Shown here piece by piece: positions 56,798 through 64,000 of a stretch of 64,000 bases of DNA. The position numbers and the translations under genes are program-made. The stretch is from an uncultured Myxococcales bacterium. GTDB lineage: Bacteria > Myxococcota > B64-G9. Within the stretch, counting starts at the first letter, position 1. Each line of letters opens with the position of its first letter. The stretch spans positions 4,911-68,910 of the forward strand of contig CAZENH010000007.1 in NCBI GenBank assembly GCA_964513625.1. Direction: 5' to 3'. Under the pieces are notes generated by a model. The model ran no database searches. It was given only the letters and a program-made list of their open reading frames with translations, and had not been told where the DNA came from.

Positions 56798-58144
56798 TCA
56801 GGCCGACATAACCAGCACTTTTTTACGGGCACGGCGACCTTGACGAGCGGTACCTGCTGGCTGGATCTTGTCCTGCCGACCGCATGCCAGATCGGCCACG
56901 GTAGGTCCACACACCGGGTCGATCGGTACGATATTTTGGGGCACAACGAAAGATTGTGGCTCGGGGTACGAGATCAGAGTTCCTTCGAAGTTGCGTAGTA
57001 CCGTATGACTCGGACTGGATGACAGCACATACTGGGGCAGGACGGGAATCTTCCCGCCGCCATGCGGGGCGTCCACCACGAAAGTCGGAATGGCAAGGCC
57101 GCTGAGACGACCTCGCAGGTACTCCATGATTTCGATGCCGCGCGCCAACGGCGTGCGGAAGTGCTCCACACCGCGCACCAGGTCACACTGAAACAGGTAG
57201 TAAGGCCGGACGCGGTTGCGTATCAGACCTCGGCAAAGAGTTTCCATCACCCGGGGATCATCGTTGATCCCGCGCAGTAAGACGCTCTGGTTGCCTAGCG
57301 GGATACCGGCATCCGCCAGGCAAGCCAAAGCCTCGGCTGCCTGTTGGGTCAACTCCTGTGGGTGGTTGAAGTGGGTGTTGATCCACAAGGGCTGGTAACG
57401 GCGCAACATGGATACCAGGTTGTCGGTTATCCGCATCGGCAGGGTAACCGGCGTACGGGTGCCGATGCGAATTATTTCCACGCTTGGCACCGAACGAATG
57501 GCAGACAGGATCTTTTCCAGGGCGCCTGTAGAGAGAGTCAGGGGATCGCCACCGGAAATGATCACATCGTGGATTTCCGGGTGCTTTTGCAAGTAGGCGA
57601 TCGCCCGGCGGAGACTGGCCGCAGAGATTACTGACTCGCGTTGGCCGGTGACTCGTTTACGAGTGCAGTGCCGGCAATACATTGCACAGATCGAGGTTGA
57701 AATCAGCAGTGCCCGATCGGCGTAGCGGTGCACCAGGCCGGGAACGGGCATGTCACACTCTTCTTCCAGCGGGTCGTCGCGCAGGAACGGAGGATCGATA
57801 AGTTCAAGTCCTTGAGGCACGGACATGGCGAATACTGGATCACTTCGGTCGAGCCGTCGCACGAGCGATGCATAATACGGAGTAATGGCCAACGGAAACC
57901 TTAAGGCTGACTCGTATATGTCGTTCGGAATGGAGCGCCATCTGTAAGTCTCCGCCAGATCGGCGACTGAACGAATGCGCTTGCGCATCTGCCAGCGCCA
58001 GTTGTTCCACTGTGCGCTGGTCGGAACGAGCGTCATTTCCGGTCTGACGTTTTCCAGAATCGCTATTTGATTTGGTTCGGATCGCTGCGGTTCTGCGGAT
58101 GGAGGCTCTTCGATGGCCTCTGTGGAATCCGTCTGCATTTTCAT
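56798..58144 (-). CDS. kamA: L-lysine 2,3-aminomutase (radical SAM, PLP-dependent; beta-lysine forming)
   Basis: It aligns along its length with Clostridium KamA (AQWNNWRWQMRKRI, AITPYYASL, PVPGLVHRYADRALLISTSICAMYCRHCTRKR, WINTHFNHP, YYLFQCDLVRGVEHFRTP, FVVDAPHGGGK). Both lysine epsilon-amine-binding Asp residues are conserved, which argues against a Glu/Arg aminomutase. Confidence 0.85.
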   Translation of the reverse strand: MKMQTDSTEAIEEPPSAEPQRSEPNQIAILENVRPEMTLVPTSAQWNNWRWQMRKRIRSVADLAETYRWRSIPNDIYESALRFPLAITPYYASLVRRLDRSDPVFAMSVPQGLELIDPPFLRDDPLEEECDMPVPGLVHRYADRALLISTSICAMYCRHCTRKRVTGQRESVISAASLRRAIAYLQKHPEIHDVIISGGDPLTLSTGALEKILSAIRSVPSVEIIRIGTRTPVTLPMRITDNLVSMLRRYQPLWINTHFNHPQELTQQAAEALACLADAGIPLGNQSVLLRGINDDPRVMETLCRGLIRNRVRPYYLFQCDLVRGVEHFRTPLARGIEIMEYLRGRLSGLAIPTFVVDAPHGGGKIPVLPQYVLSSSPSHTVLRNFEGTLISYPEPQSFVVPQNIVPIDPVCGPTVADLACGRQDKIQPAGTARQGRRARKKVLVMSA

Positions 58145-58182
58145 TTTGGTTGTTTCCTTTTATATGAACACTGGATAATGAC

Positions 58183-58872
58183 TTAGACAAGGTCGACCAG
58201 GAACGCCTTGCTTCCGAACACGAAAGCGTGTCTGAGCAACTTCAAACTGGCCTTTAGATCATTCGTTTCCGTGGCGCTCATGCTGAAGGAGAAGAAGCCC
58301 GAGATCATCCCGATCACGGCGAAGGCCAGCGAATGCGCGCGTTCGGGCTGCAGGGTCTGGGGAAGGAAGTTGGCCAACTGCCCGGCGATTTCATCGACGT
58401 AGCAACCGAAGTGATCTTCAAGGCCGCTTATGGCGTCGCTTTGAAGTTTGATTAGCAAGCGACCCTGGAACAGAAGCAGGAAATCTTCTCGTCTGTTCAT
58501 GAAGAATCGAGAGTGGACATCAAACAACTGCTCGAGCATTTCTTGCAGACTCTGCGGGGCTTTTTTGGAGCTACGCAATAACTTGATCAGGCGATTGATT
58601 GTGTCTTCCATGAGTGCCAGCACGACATCTTCCTTGCTGGCGAAGTAGCGATAGAATGTTCCCTTGCCCACGTCGGCACGTTCGGTAATCTCTTCTATTG
58701 TCGTTGCATCGACTCCATAGCTACAGAACAATAACCGCGCGGCGCTGAGCAGTTTCTTGCGTGTGCGCAGAGTGCGGCGCTGCATGCGGTTGGAGGGTTC
58801 CCTCAACTCCGCATCCGTAATCGGGATCTCGCCAAAAGGTTCTTCTTGGTCAGTACAAAACATATCGGTCAT
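58183..58872 (-). CDS. TetR/AcrR-family transcriptional regulator
   Basis: The HTH is TRKKLLSAARLLFCSYGVDATTIEEITERADVGKGTFYRYFASKEDV. The start is placed at ATG 58872 (GGGAG 7 nt upstream). The table's GTG 58890 would put operator-like repeats inside the ORF. Confidence 0.75.
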   Translation of the reverse strand: MTDMFCTDQEEPFGEIPITDAELREPSNRMQRRTLRTRKKLLSAARLLFCSYGVDATTIEEITERADVGKGTFYRYFASKEDVVLALMEDTINRLIKLLRSSKKAPQSLQEMLEQLFDVHSRFFMNRREDFLLLFQGRLLIKLQSDAISGLEDHFGCYVDEIAGQLANFLPQTLQPERAHSLAFAVIGMISGFFSFSMSATETNDLKASLKLLRHAFVFGSKAFLVDLV

Positions 58873-58879
58873 AGTAGAC

Positions 58880-58970
58880 TCCCTAGTCACTGCGGACTAT
58901 TTAGTCACAAATGACCCTATTGTGTCAAGTCTTTTTTTATGGCCATGTAGTGCAACGTATTGTCACAAAG
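58880..58970. promoter_or_regulatory. AT-rich divergent promoter region with four TGTCAC/GTGACA-type half-sites (candidate TetR operators)
   Basis: The sites are TAGTCAC (58884), TAGTCACAAATGAC (58902-58915), TGTGTCAAG (58921) and TTGTCACAAAG (58960). They lie between tetR and the divergent ATP-grasp genes. Confidence 0.35.
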
Positions 58971-59072
58971 AAATTTTCATTTTTACTTATCAAAGAAATG
59001 TTCTTTTTCCGGCCATAGCGATCGAATATAGATTATGAAACAAATACCAGCAGATGTACTGGAGAACCAAAG

Positions 59073-60077
59073 ATGCTGATCGGACTGACCTACGATTTAC
59101 GTGACGACTATTTACGAGAGGGTTACACCGAGGAGGAAACGGCCGAATTCGACAGGCCAAGCACCATCGAAGCCATAGAAAACACGCTGCGGCGGTTGGG
59201 CTATCAGACCGAGCGCATTGGACATGCGCGCACGCTCGTGACGCGACTGGCCGCAGGCGATCGCTGGGATCTCGTTTTCAACATTGCCGAGGGTCTTTAC
59301 GGTCACGGACGTGAGGCGCTGGTGCCGGCGTTGCTGGATGCCTACCAAATTCCATATACCTTCTCGGATCCGATGACTTTGACCCTTGCGCTACACAAGG
59401 CCCATGCCAAGCGCGTGCTGCGCGATGCCGGTGTGCCTACTCCGGACTTCGCCATCGTTACAAACCCGGCTGACATTGCCGGTTTGAAACTAGCCTACCC
59501 GTTGTTTGCCAAACCTATTGCAGAGGGTACCGGTAAAGGTGTCGACGCACGTTCGTGTATAACCGATTCGGTACAGGCAGAACGCGTTTGTAATGATCTA
59601 CTCGAGCGATTTCACCAACCGGTTCTAGTCGAGCGCTTCCTACCGGGCCGGGAAGTGACCGTCGGCCTGATCGGTACGGGCGAGGCGGCGGAGGCGATTG
59701 GCGCGCTCGAAGTCGTCCTGCTTCCTCGGGCAGAAGCCCAAGTGTACTCCTATTTCAATAAGGAGAACTGCGAGGACTTGATCGAATATCGCCTGGTAGA
59801 CGATGACGCGCTGATTCGCCAGGCATCCGGGCTGGCTCTCGCTGCCTGGCGGGTGCTTGAATGCCGCGACGGAGGCCGCGTGGATTTGCGCGCGGACGAG
59901 AGCGGTCAACTGCAAGTGATCGAGCTGAATCCCCTGGCCGGCCTGCATCCCGAGCACTCGGATCTGCCGATTTTAGCCACGAAGATGGGCATTTCTTATC
60001 CCAGGCTGATCGATCGCATCATGCATTCGGCCCTGGCGCGATACGGCATCGAAGCACCGCAGATTTCGAACGCCTGA
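59073..60077 (+). CDS. D-alanine--D-alanine ligase-family ATP-grasp enzyme with atypical N-terminus (copy 1)
   Basis: Ddl-like central and C-terminal domains are present (FNIAEGLYGHGREALVPALLDAYQIPYTFSDP, LKLAYPLFAKPIAEGTGKGV, RVDLRADESGQLQVIELNPLAGL). The usual N-terminal GGxSxE motif is replaced by TYDLRDDY...EETAEFD. Confidence 0.7.
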   Translation: MLIGLTYDLRDDYLREGYTEEETAEFDRPSTIEAIENTLRRLGYQTERIGHARTLVTRLAAGDRWDLVFNIAEGLYGHGREALVPALLDAYQIPYTFSDPMTLTLALHKAHAKRVLRDAGVPTPDFAIVTNPADIAGLKLAYPLFAKPIAEGTGKGVDARSCITDSVQAERVCNDLLERFHQPVLVERFLPGREVTVGLIGTGEAAEAIGALEVVLLPRAEAQVYSYFNKENCEDLIEYRLVDDDALIRQASGLALAAWRVLECRDGGRVDLRADESGQLQVIELNPLAGLHPEHSDLPILATKMGISYPRLIDRIMHSALARYGIEAPQISNA

Positions 60078-60088
60078 GGGGAGATGAC

Positions 60089-61078
60089 ATGCGCCTGGTA
60101 GTCATGTATACCCCGGCCGCGCCGGACGCTGCGCCGGATGATCTAGATGGCCTGGTTCAACTGGAGTCAATCAGCACCGCGTTATGTGAGATGGGTCACG
60201 AGGCTGTTCCCTTGCCTTTCGGGCTCGATCTCGGAAACGTTCGGCGTGCACTGCAACGCGAAAAACCGGACTGCGTCTTCAACCTTGTCGAATCAGTCGC
60301 GGGGCACGATCGCTTACTGCATCTTGCCCCGGCCCTGTTGGAAGCGTTTGGTATTTCGTTTAGCGGGTCCGGCTCGTGCGCAACGCTGACGACGACTAAC
60401 AAGCTTTTAGCCAAGCGGATGATGAGCGATCATGGGCTGCCTACACCGGCCTGGCTGGAGCCGTATGATCGTTCCCCAGAAGCGCCAGCACCCGGGACTC
60501 GGTTGATTGTCAAGTCGGCCTGGGATCATGGATCAAAGGGCCTGGATGACAACTCACTGCTGGAGTTGGAAGACGAGGCCGACCTGCTTGCACGTCTGCG
60601 CAGTTTGTCTGCATCTAAAGGAAAAGAATGGTTTGCCGAAGCCTTCATTGACGGTCGCGAGTTCAATTTGTCATTACTGGCCGATATGGAAGGAGCGCGC
60701 GTCTTGCAACCCGCTGAGATCCGTTTCGAGGGCTTTGAGGCCGACAGGCCACGCCTGGTGGGCTACAAGGCCAAGTGGGATAGCGAGTCTTTTGAATATT
60801 CGCATACGGTACGCTCGTTTGATTTTCCCTCCAGCGACGATCGTCTCCTGAGCAAGATATCCGCCTTGGCATCGGAAGCCTGGCGACTGTTTGGATTGCG
60901 TGGCTACGCAAGGGTTGACTTCCGCGTGGATCAAGCGGGAAATGCATACATACTCGAGGTCAACGCCAATCCTTGCCTTTCACCGGACGCCGGTTTCGCA
61001 GCAGCCGTCGAGCGCTCCGGCATGACATACAATCAGGCTATTGAAAGTATCGTTTTAGACGCGGTCTCGCGCAGGTAG
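60089..61078 (+). CDS. D-alanine--D-alanine ligase-family ATP-grasp enzyme (copy 2, tandem paralog)
   Basis: It has FNLVESVAGHDRLLHLAPALLEAFGISFSGS, LIVKSAWDHGSKGL and ARVDFRVDQAGNAYILEVNANPCLS. A GGGGAG RBS is present. The start lies 11 nt after copy 1's stop. Confidence 0.7.
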   Translation: MRLVVMYTPAAPDAAPDDLDGLVQLESISTALCEMGHEAVPLPFGLDLGNVRRALQREKPDCVFNLVESVAGHDRLLHLAPALLEAFGISFSGSGSCATLTTTNKLLAKRMMSDHGLPTPAWLEPYDRSPEAPAPGTRLIVKSAWDHGSKGLDDNSLLELEDEADLLARLRSLSASKGKEWFAEAFIDGREFNLSLLADMEGARVLQPAEIRFEGFEADRPRLVGYKAKWDSESFEYSHTVRSFDFPSSDDRLLSKISALASEAWRLFGLRGYARVDFRVDQAGNAYILEVNANPCLSPDAGFAAAVERSGMTYNQAIESIVLDAVSRR

Positions 61079-61103
61079 AAGAGGCGTTTTACGGCTCTGC
61101 TCT

Positions 61104-61364
61104 TCAGCACACACACAGCGGGCGGCCGATCCGGATACGGTCGACGATCCAGCGCGCTCCGTCAATCTCGGGTATCATGTCCAGCAGGCGGCACTTGGTT
61201 CTGAACGAGTCGACCCAGCCGTCGAGAATGAACCAGTTTTCCCGGCGATCGAATCTTACGTCGCACTTGCCAATCAGGCCGTGTTCCGACAGATGTTGTT
61301 GCCAACGGACAAGCAGTGCCTCTAGTTCTGATTGCGGACCATCAAAGTTGCGCTGTTGTAGCAT
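61104..61364 (-). CDS. Small BON-like domain protein
   Basis: The 86-aa ORF has GLIGKCDVRFDRRENWFILDGWVDSFRTKCRLLDMIPEIDGARWIVDRIRIG, resembling a BON/OsmY-type module. Confidence 0.4.
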   Translation of the reverse strand: MLQQRNFDGPQSELEALLVRWQQHLSEHGLIGKCDVRFDRRENWFILDGWVDSFRTKCRLLDMIPEIDGARWIVDRIRIGRPLCVC

Positions 61365-62005
61365 GTTTCTTCTCTCTTTCTTCCCTGGCGGACGATTATA
61401 TCCGCCAGTTTCCTGTGTTCTGAAATCAGCTGGTGTTCTTTCTGCAGCACTCTTTCTGTGAAGCTCTCACTTACGTCGCGAGACCGCAGTCGCCTGGCAG
61501 TCCTGGTGGTGCGATAGCTGCGGTCGATGAAGATGCGTAGGTCGACATTTAAAAGCAGGCTTGTATAGGTACCTTCAACTATGATCACGTCGAGTTTTCC
61601 CGCCGGCAGCATCTCCTGCTCGATTTGGTTTTCTTCGAAGCACACAAGCGGCTTCAAAAGCGGCTGGCCTGTATTCTGCACGAGTCTGTGAATGTGCTCG
61701 TCCAGAAGATCGAGCCGTACTTCCTTTGGTCCGACCTGGCTGATGTCTGTTCTGCGGCTATCGTGGTTGGTTCGAGGCGGAAGTCTGAAGTAGTCGTCTT
61801 GTGCCAGGATTACTACCTCGAGATCACGCTGGATGAGAGTTTCCGACAGGCAAACCGCAAGGCCGCTCTTGCCCGATCCTGACTCGCCGGCAATGCAAAC
61901 GGTGACAGTCTCGCCACAGGGTTCCAGCAAGGCAAGAACCATGGGCAATATTTCAGCCGCCATCCGGCGCTGCGCGTCAACAATTACCAACCGTTCACCG
62001 ACCAT
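61322..62005 (-). CDS. Uridine-kinase/phosphoribulokinase-family P-loop kinase
   Basis: It has a P-loop (VCIAGESGSGKSG) and a PRK/UDK-like core (AQDDYF, IIVEGTYT). The ATG at 62005 is preceded by AGAGGA. The table's longer ORF to 62116 lacks an RBS. Confidence 0.65.
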   Translation of the reverse strand: MVGERLVIVDAQRRMAAEILPMVLALLEPCGETVTVCIAGESGSGKSGLAVCLSETLIQRDLEVVILAQDDYFRLPPRTNHDSRRTDISQVGPKEVRLDLLDEHIHRLVQNTGQPLLKPLVCFEENQIEQEMLPAGKLDVIIVEGTYTSLLLNVDLRIFIDRSYRTTRTARRLRSRDVSESFTERVLQKEHQLISEHRKLADIIVRQGRKREETCYNSATLMVRNQN

Positions 62006-62229
62006 GAAGGCCGTTCCTCTTTTTATCTCAACCGCACTTCTGAAAGCTGCGCGCGGTCGCCCTCGAGGCAAATCGGGCAAGCCAAACAAACGCATTGCCG
62101 CTCGCGGCAACTTCAACCTTTCCGGGAAAGACCAACGGTATTCGGTGGGGAGCAGGAATCTGCAACGAAGCGCTCAGCTTGTCAACGAAAATCGTACAAA
62201 CGGGTGTTTTATGGCATTAGCCTGCTGGA

Positions 62230-63276
62230 TCAGTTCGCCGGCCGAAGACTGTTCCGCGTCAAGTTGCGCAGATGATCCGCCGCCACTTCCGGCGGGATTG
62301 GATTGATGTAGAAACCCGTTCCCCACTCGAAGCCGGCCACGCTCGTAAGGCGCGGGATAATCTCGATGTGCCAGTGGTAGTCGTAAGTGAGCGTGCCCCA
62401 GTAGCCCGGACGCTTTGGAGCCATCATGGCGTTAGGCCCCGTATGGATCATGAAATTGAAAGGGGGATCGTCCAGTGTCGTCCGCAGGCGCGACAGCACG
62501 TCCTTCAGTATCCGTCCCATAGACAGCGCCCCGGCGTCGTTCAGCAGGGTGAAGTCGTGTGAGTGTTTCTTGGGAGCCAGGAACATCTCGTAAGGGAACC
62601 TTGACGCAAAGGGACACAGCGCCACAAAATCCTCGTTCTCGGACACGATCCGCGTTCCGTCATTCTCCTGGGCCAGGATGTCGCAGATCAGGCAGCGCTC
62701 CTTGAGGCGATAGTAGTCGCGAGACGAGTCCAACTCGTGAGCCACGGTAAGAGGCGTAACCGGTGTGGCGATTAACTGGGTGTGCGAGTGAGACAGCGAA
62801 GCCCCCGCATCGCGGCCCTCGTTCTTGAACACCAGGACATAGCGGAAGCGTCCATCCCGCATCAGGTCACGGATGCGTTCCCTGTAAGCGATGACGACCT
62901 TGGCCATGTGCTCGTCGTGGTAGTCTGGCATCTTCAAGCCGTGCTGCGGTGTTTCAACGATCACCTCGTGCGCGCCGATGGCGTTTATCACGTCATAGAT
63001 GCCTGCTCCGCGCCTCTCGAGCTTGCCTTCGATTTTCAAAGCCGGGTAAAGGTTGGGCGCGACCCGAACCTGCCAGCCAGGCGTGTCAGCGCGGGTTCCC
63101 TGGTTACGGAAGGCAAAGATCTCCTGAGGCGTCTGATCTTCATGCCCTTCACAAAACGGACAATTTTCTGTCCCGTTGTTGTGGACCATGACCTTGAAGT
63201 CAGTCGGCCGCAAGGATCGCTCGGGTGCGATTATTACCCAACGTCGCTGAATTGGATCATGTCTAAGTTCGTGCAT
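62230..63276 (-). CDS. Galactose-1-phosphate uridylyltransferase-family (GalT-like HIT) nucleotidyltransferase
   Basis: It has ELRHDPIQRRWVIIAPERS, the CPFC zinc site and HSHTQ (the HxHxQ active site). The table start at 63339 is TTG. The start is placed at ATG 63276. Confidence 0.65.
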   Translation of the reverse strand: MHELRHDPIQRRWVIIAPERSLRPTDFKVMVHNNGTENCPFCEGHEDQTPQEIFAFRNQGTRADTPGWQVRVAPNLYPALKIEGKLERRGAGIYDVINAIGAHEVIVETPQHGLKMPDYHDEHMAKVVIAYRERIRDLMRDGRFRYVLVFKNEGRDAGASLSHSHTQLIATPVTPLTVAHELDSSRDYYRLKERCLICDILAQENDGTRIVSENEDFVALCPFASRFPYEMFLAPKKHSHDFTLLNDAGALSMGRILKDVLSRLRTTLDDPPFNFMIHTGPNAMMAPKRPGYWGTLTYDYHWHIEIIPRLTSVAGFEWGTGFYINPIPPEVAADHLRNLTRNSLRPAN

Positions 63277-63525
63277 GTTTCGATGTCTCTCAACAACCGT
63301 CTTGCAGGCAGTTGATACACCGAAGAAAACAAAAGTCAACGTTCCATCTTGTTGGCGGACGAATCCAGGAGCGCCTAATCAGTATCTCCCCGTGTCAAAA
63401 TGCTTCTGAAATACTGCCATGAGCCTGGCAAAAACGACCAACTGGAATAGAACCTTTACTCTTTACGGTCGTCCATACAACGAATATAGGTAGTTGCATA
63501 CGGACAGACACAAGGGAGAAATGTC

Positions 63526-64000
63526 ATGAGTGTGATCCTTTTCGTTCTGCTGGCCAGCGCATCCGTGCCGGACGTGACCGCCGGCCCTGGGCTTTCGGAA
63601 GAGGCCAAAGTAATCGAGGCCGCCATTGAAAATGTAACGGTCTTCAGCGATCGGGCCAAGGTTGTCCGCCGGGCGACCGTTAATCTCGACAACGGGATCC
63701 ACAAGCTCGGTCTGCCCGATTTGCCCGGGGCGGTGATGATCAACACAGTCAGGATCGAGTGCAGTGGCGCGCGGGTGATCCGGGTCGAGACAGTCCCAGT
63801 CGAGAGAGAACGCTTCTCCATCGAGCAAGTCGAGGAGCAGATTAGCAAGCTGGAGGCAATTACCGATAAACTCAGCGCACTTGATCGTGAAAGCCAGGTG
63901 TACAACCTCGAGCTTTCTTTCTTGAACGGTATCTCGCCGCGTGCACCCGTGGAGGAGTCCAAGCGGGTGGGTAAACCCCTGCCGCCCGTGCGGGTGGATC
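63526..64000 (+). CDS. DUF4140/DUF4139-family (mucoidy-inhibitor MuiA-like) secreted protein, 5' part (runs off window)
   Basis: The ATG at 63526 is preceded by GGGAGAA. A signal-like N-terminus is followed by IENVTVFSDRAKVVRRATV (the DUF4140 signature). The ORF is open to the window end, so it is not in the ORF table. Confidence 0.55.
   Translation, partial: MSVILFVLLASASVPDVTAGPGLSEEAKVIEAAIENVTVFSDRAKVVRRATVNLDNGIHKLGLPDLPGAVMINTVRIECSGARVIRVETVPVERERFSIEQVEEQISKLEAITDKLSALDRESQVYNLELSFLNGISPRAPVEESKRVGKPLPPVRVD

Noticed and set aside
1-64000. Search for CRISPR arrays, tRNA/tmRNA/SRP-RNA signatures, transposases, integrases, toxin-antitoxin pairs
   Set aside because: There are no regularly spaced direct repeats and no GTTCGAATC-type T-loops in intergenic DNA. 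There is no tmRNA tag-like ORF or IS-like terminal inverted repeat. None of the proteins resembles a recombinase. The window appears to be core chromosome.

Overview
This is a high-GC (about 62-65%) bacterial chromosomal segment that is densely coding, with roughly 50 genes and no rRNA, tRNA, CRISPR, transposase or integrase detected. The gene content points to an anaerobic Myxococcota/Desulfobacterota-like deltaproteobacterium: DUF4388-J-domain proteins, a Myxococcus-type cysteine-rich-repeat/Kazal lipoprotein, a GldA/F/G-DUF4340 ABC system, sigma-54 activators, many PilZ/GGDEF proteins, a Buk-Ptb fusion, and three 2-hydroxyacyl-CoA-dehydratase/activase systems. In order, the window holds partial rtcB with a DUF1848 gene, then an OadG-like gene, an AMP-forming acyl-CoA synthetase and a Buk-Ptb fusion. 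Next come a GT-C-like membrane protein and a 1430-aa double-activase/dehydratase fusion, followed by a c-di-GMP island (FHA-GGDEF, PilZ, REC-PilZ, two DUF4388-J-TPR paralogs) interleaved with M23 peptidase/NagZ, rpoZ, the GldAFG-like ABC system and a MarR-controlled dehydratase operon. After that lie a transglutaminase-like lipoprotein, PepF, a 863-aa Cys-rich/Kazal lipoprotein and a propeller lipoprotein. A complete his operon follows (hisG, hisC-HAD fusion, hisB, hisH, hisF, hisA-hisIE fusion, hisD), preceded by a His-codon leader peptide and attenuator-like hairpins. Downstream are a Tat-lipoprotein peptide deformylase, a second dehydratase/activase operon and a BNR-repeat lipoprotein. The window ends with a sigma-54 activator plus small Lys-rich secreted protein, a TetR-kamA (lysine 2,3-aminomutase) unit divergent from two tandem Ddl-like ATP-grasp ligases, and a GalT-like/uridine-kinase-like/BON operon. 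The best candidates for new biology are the kamA + tandem ATP-grasp (+ nearby Lys-rich micro-ORF) locus, the exported peptide deformylase, the his leader-attenuator with the unusual his gene fusions, and the cluster of three radical-type dehydratase systems.
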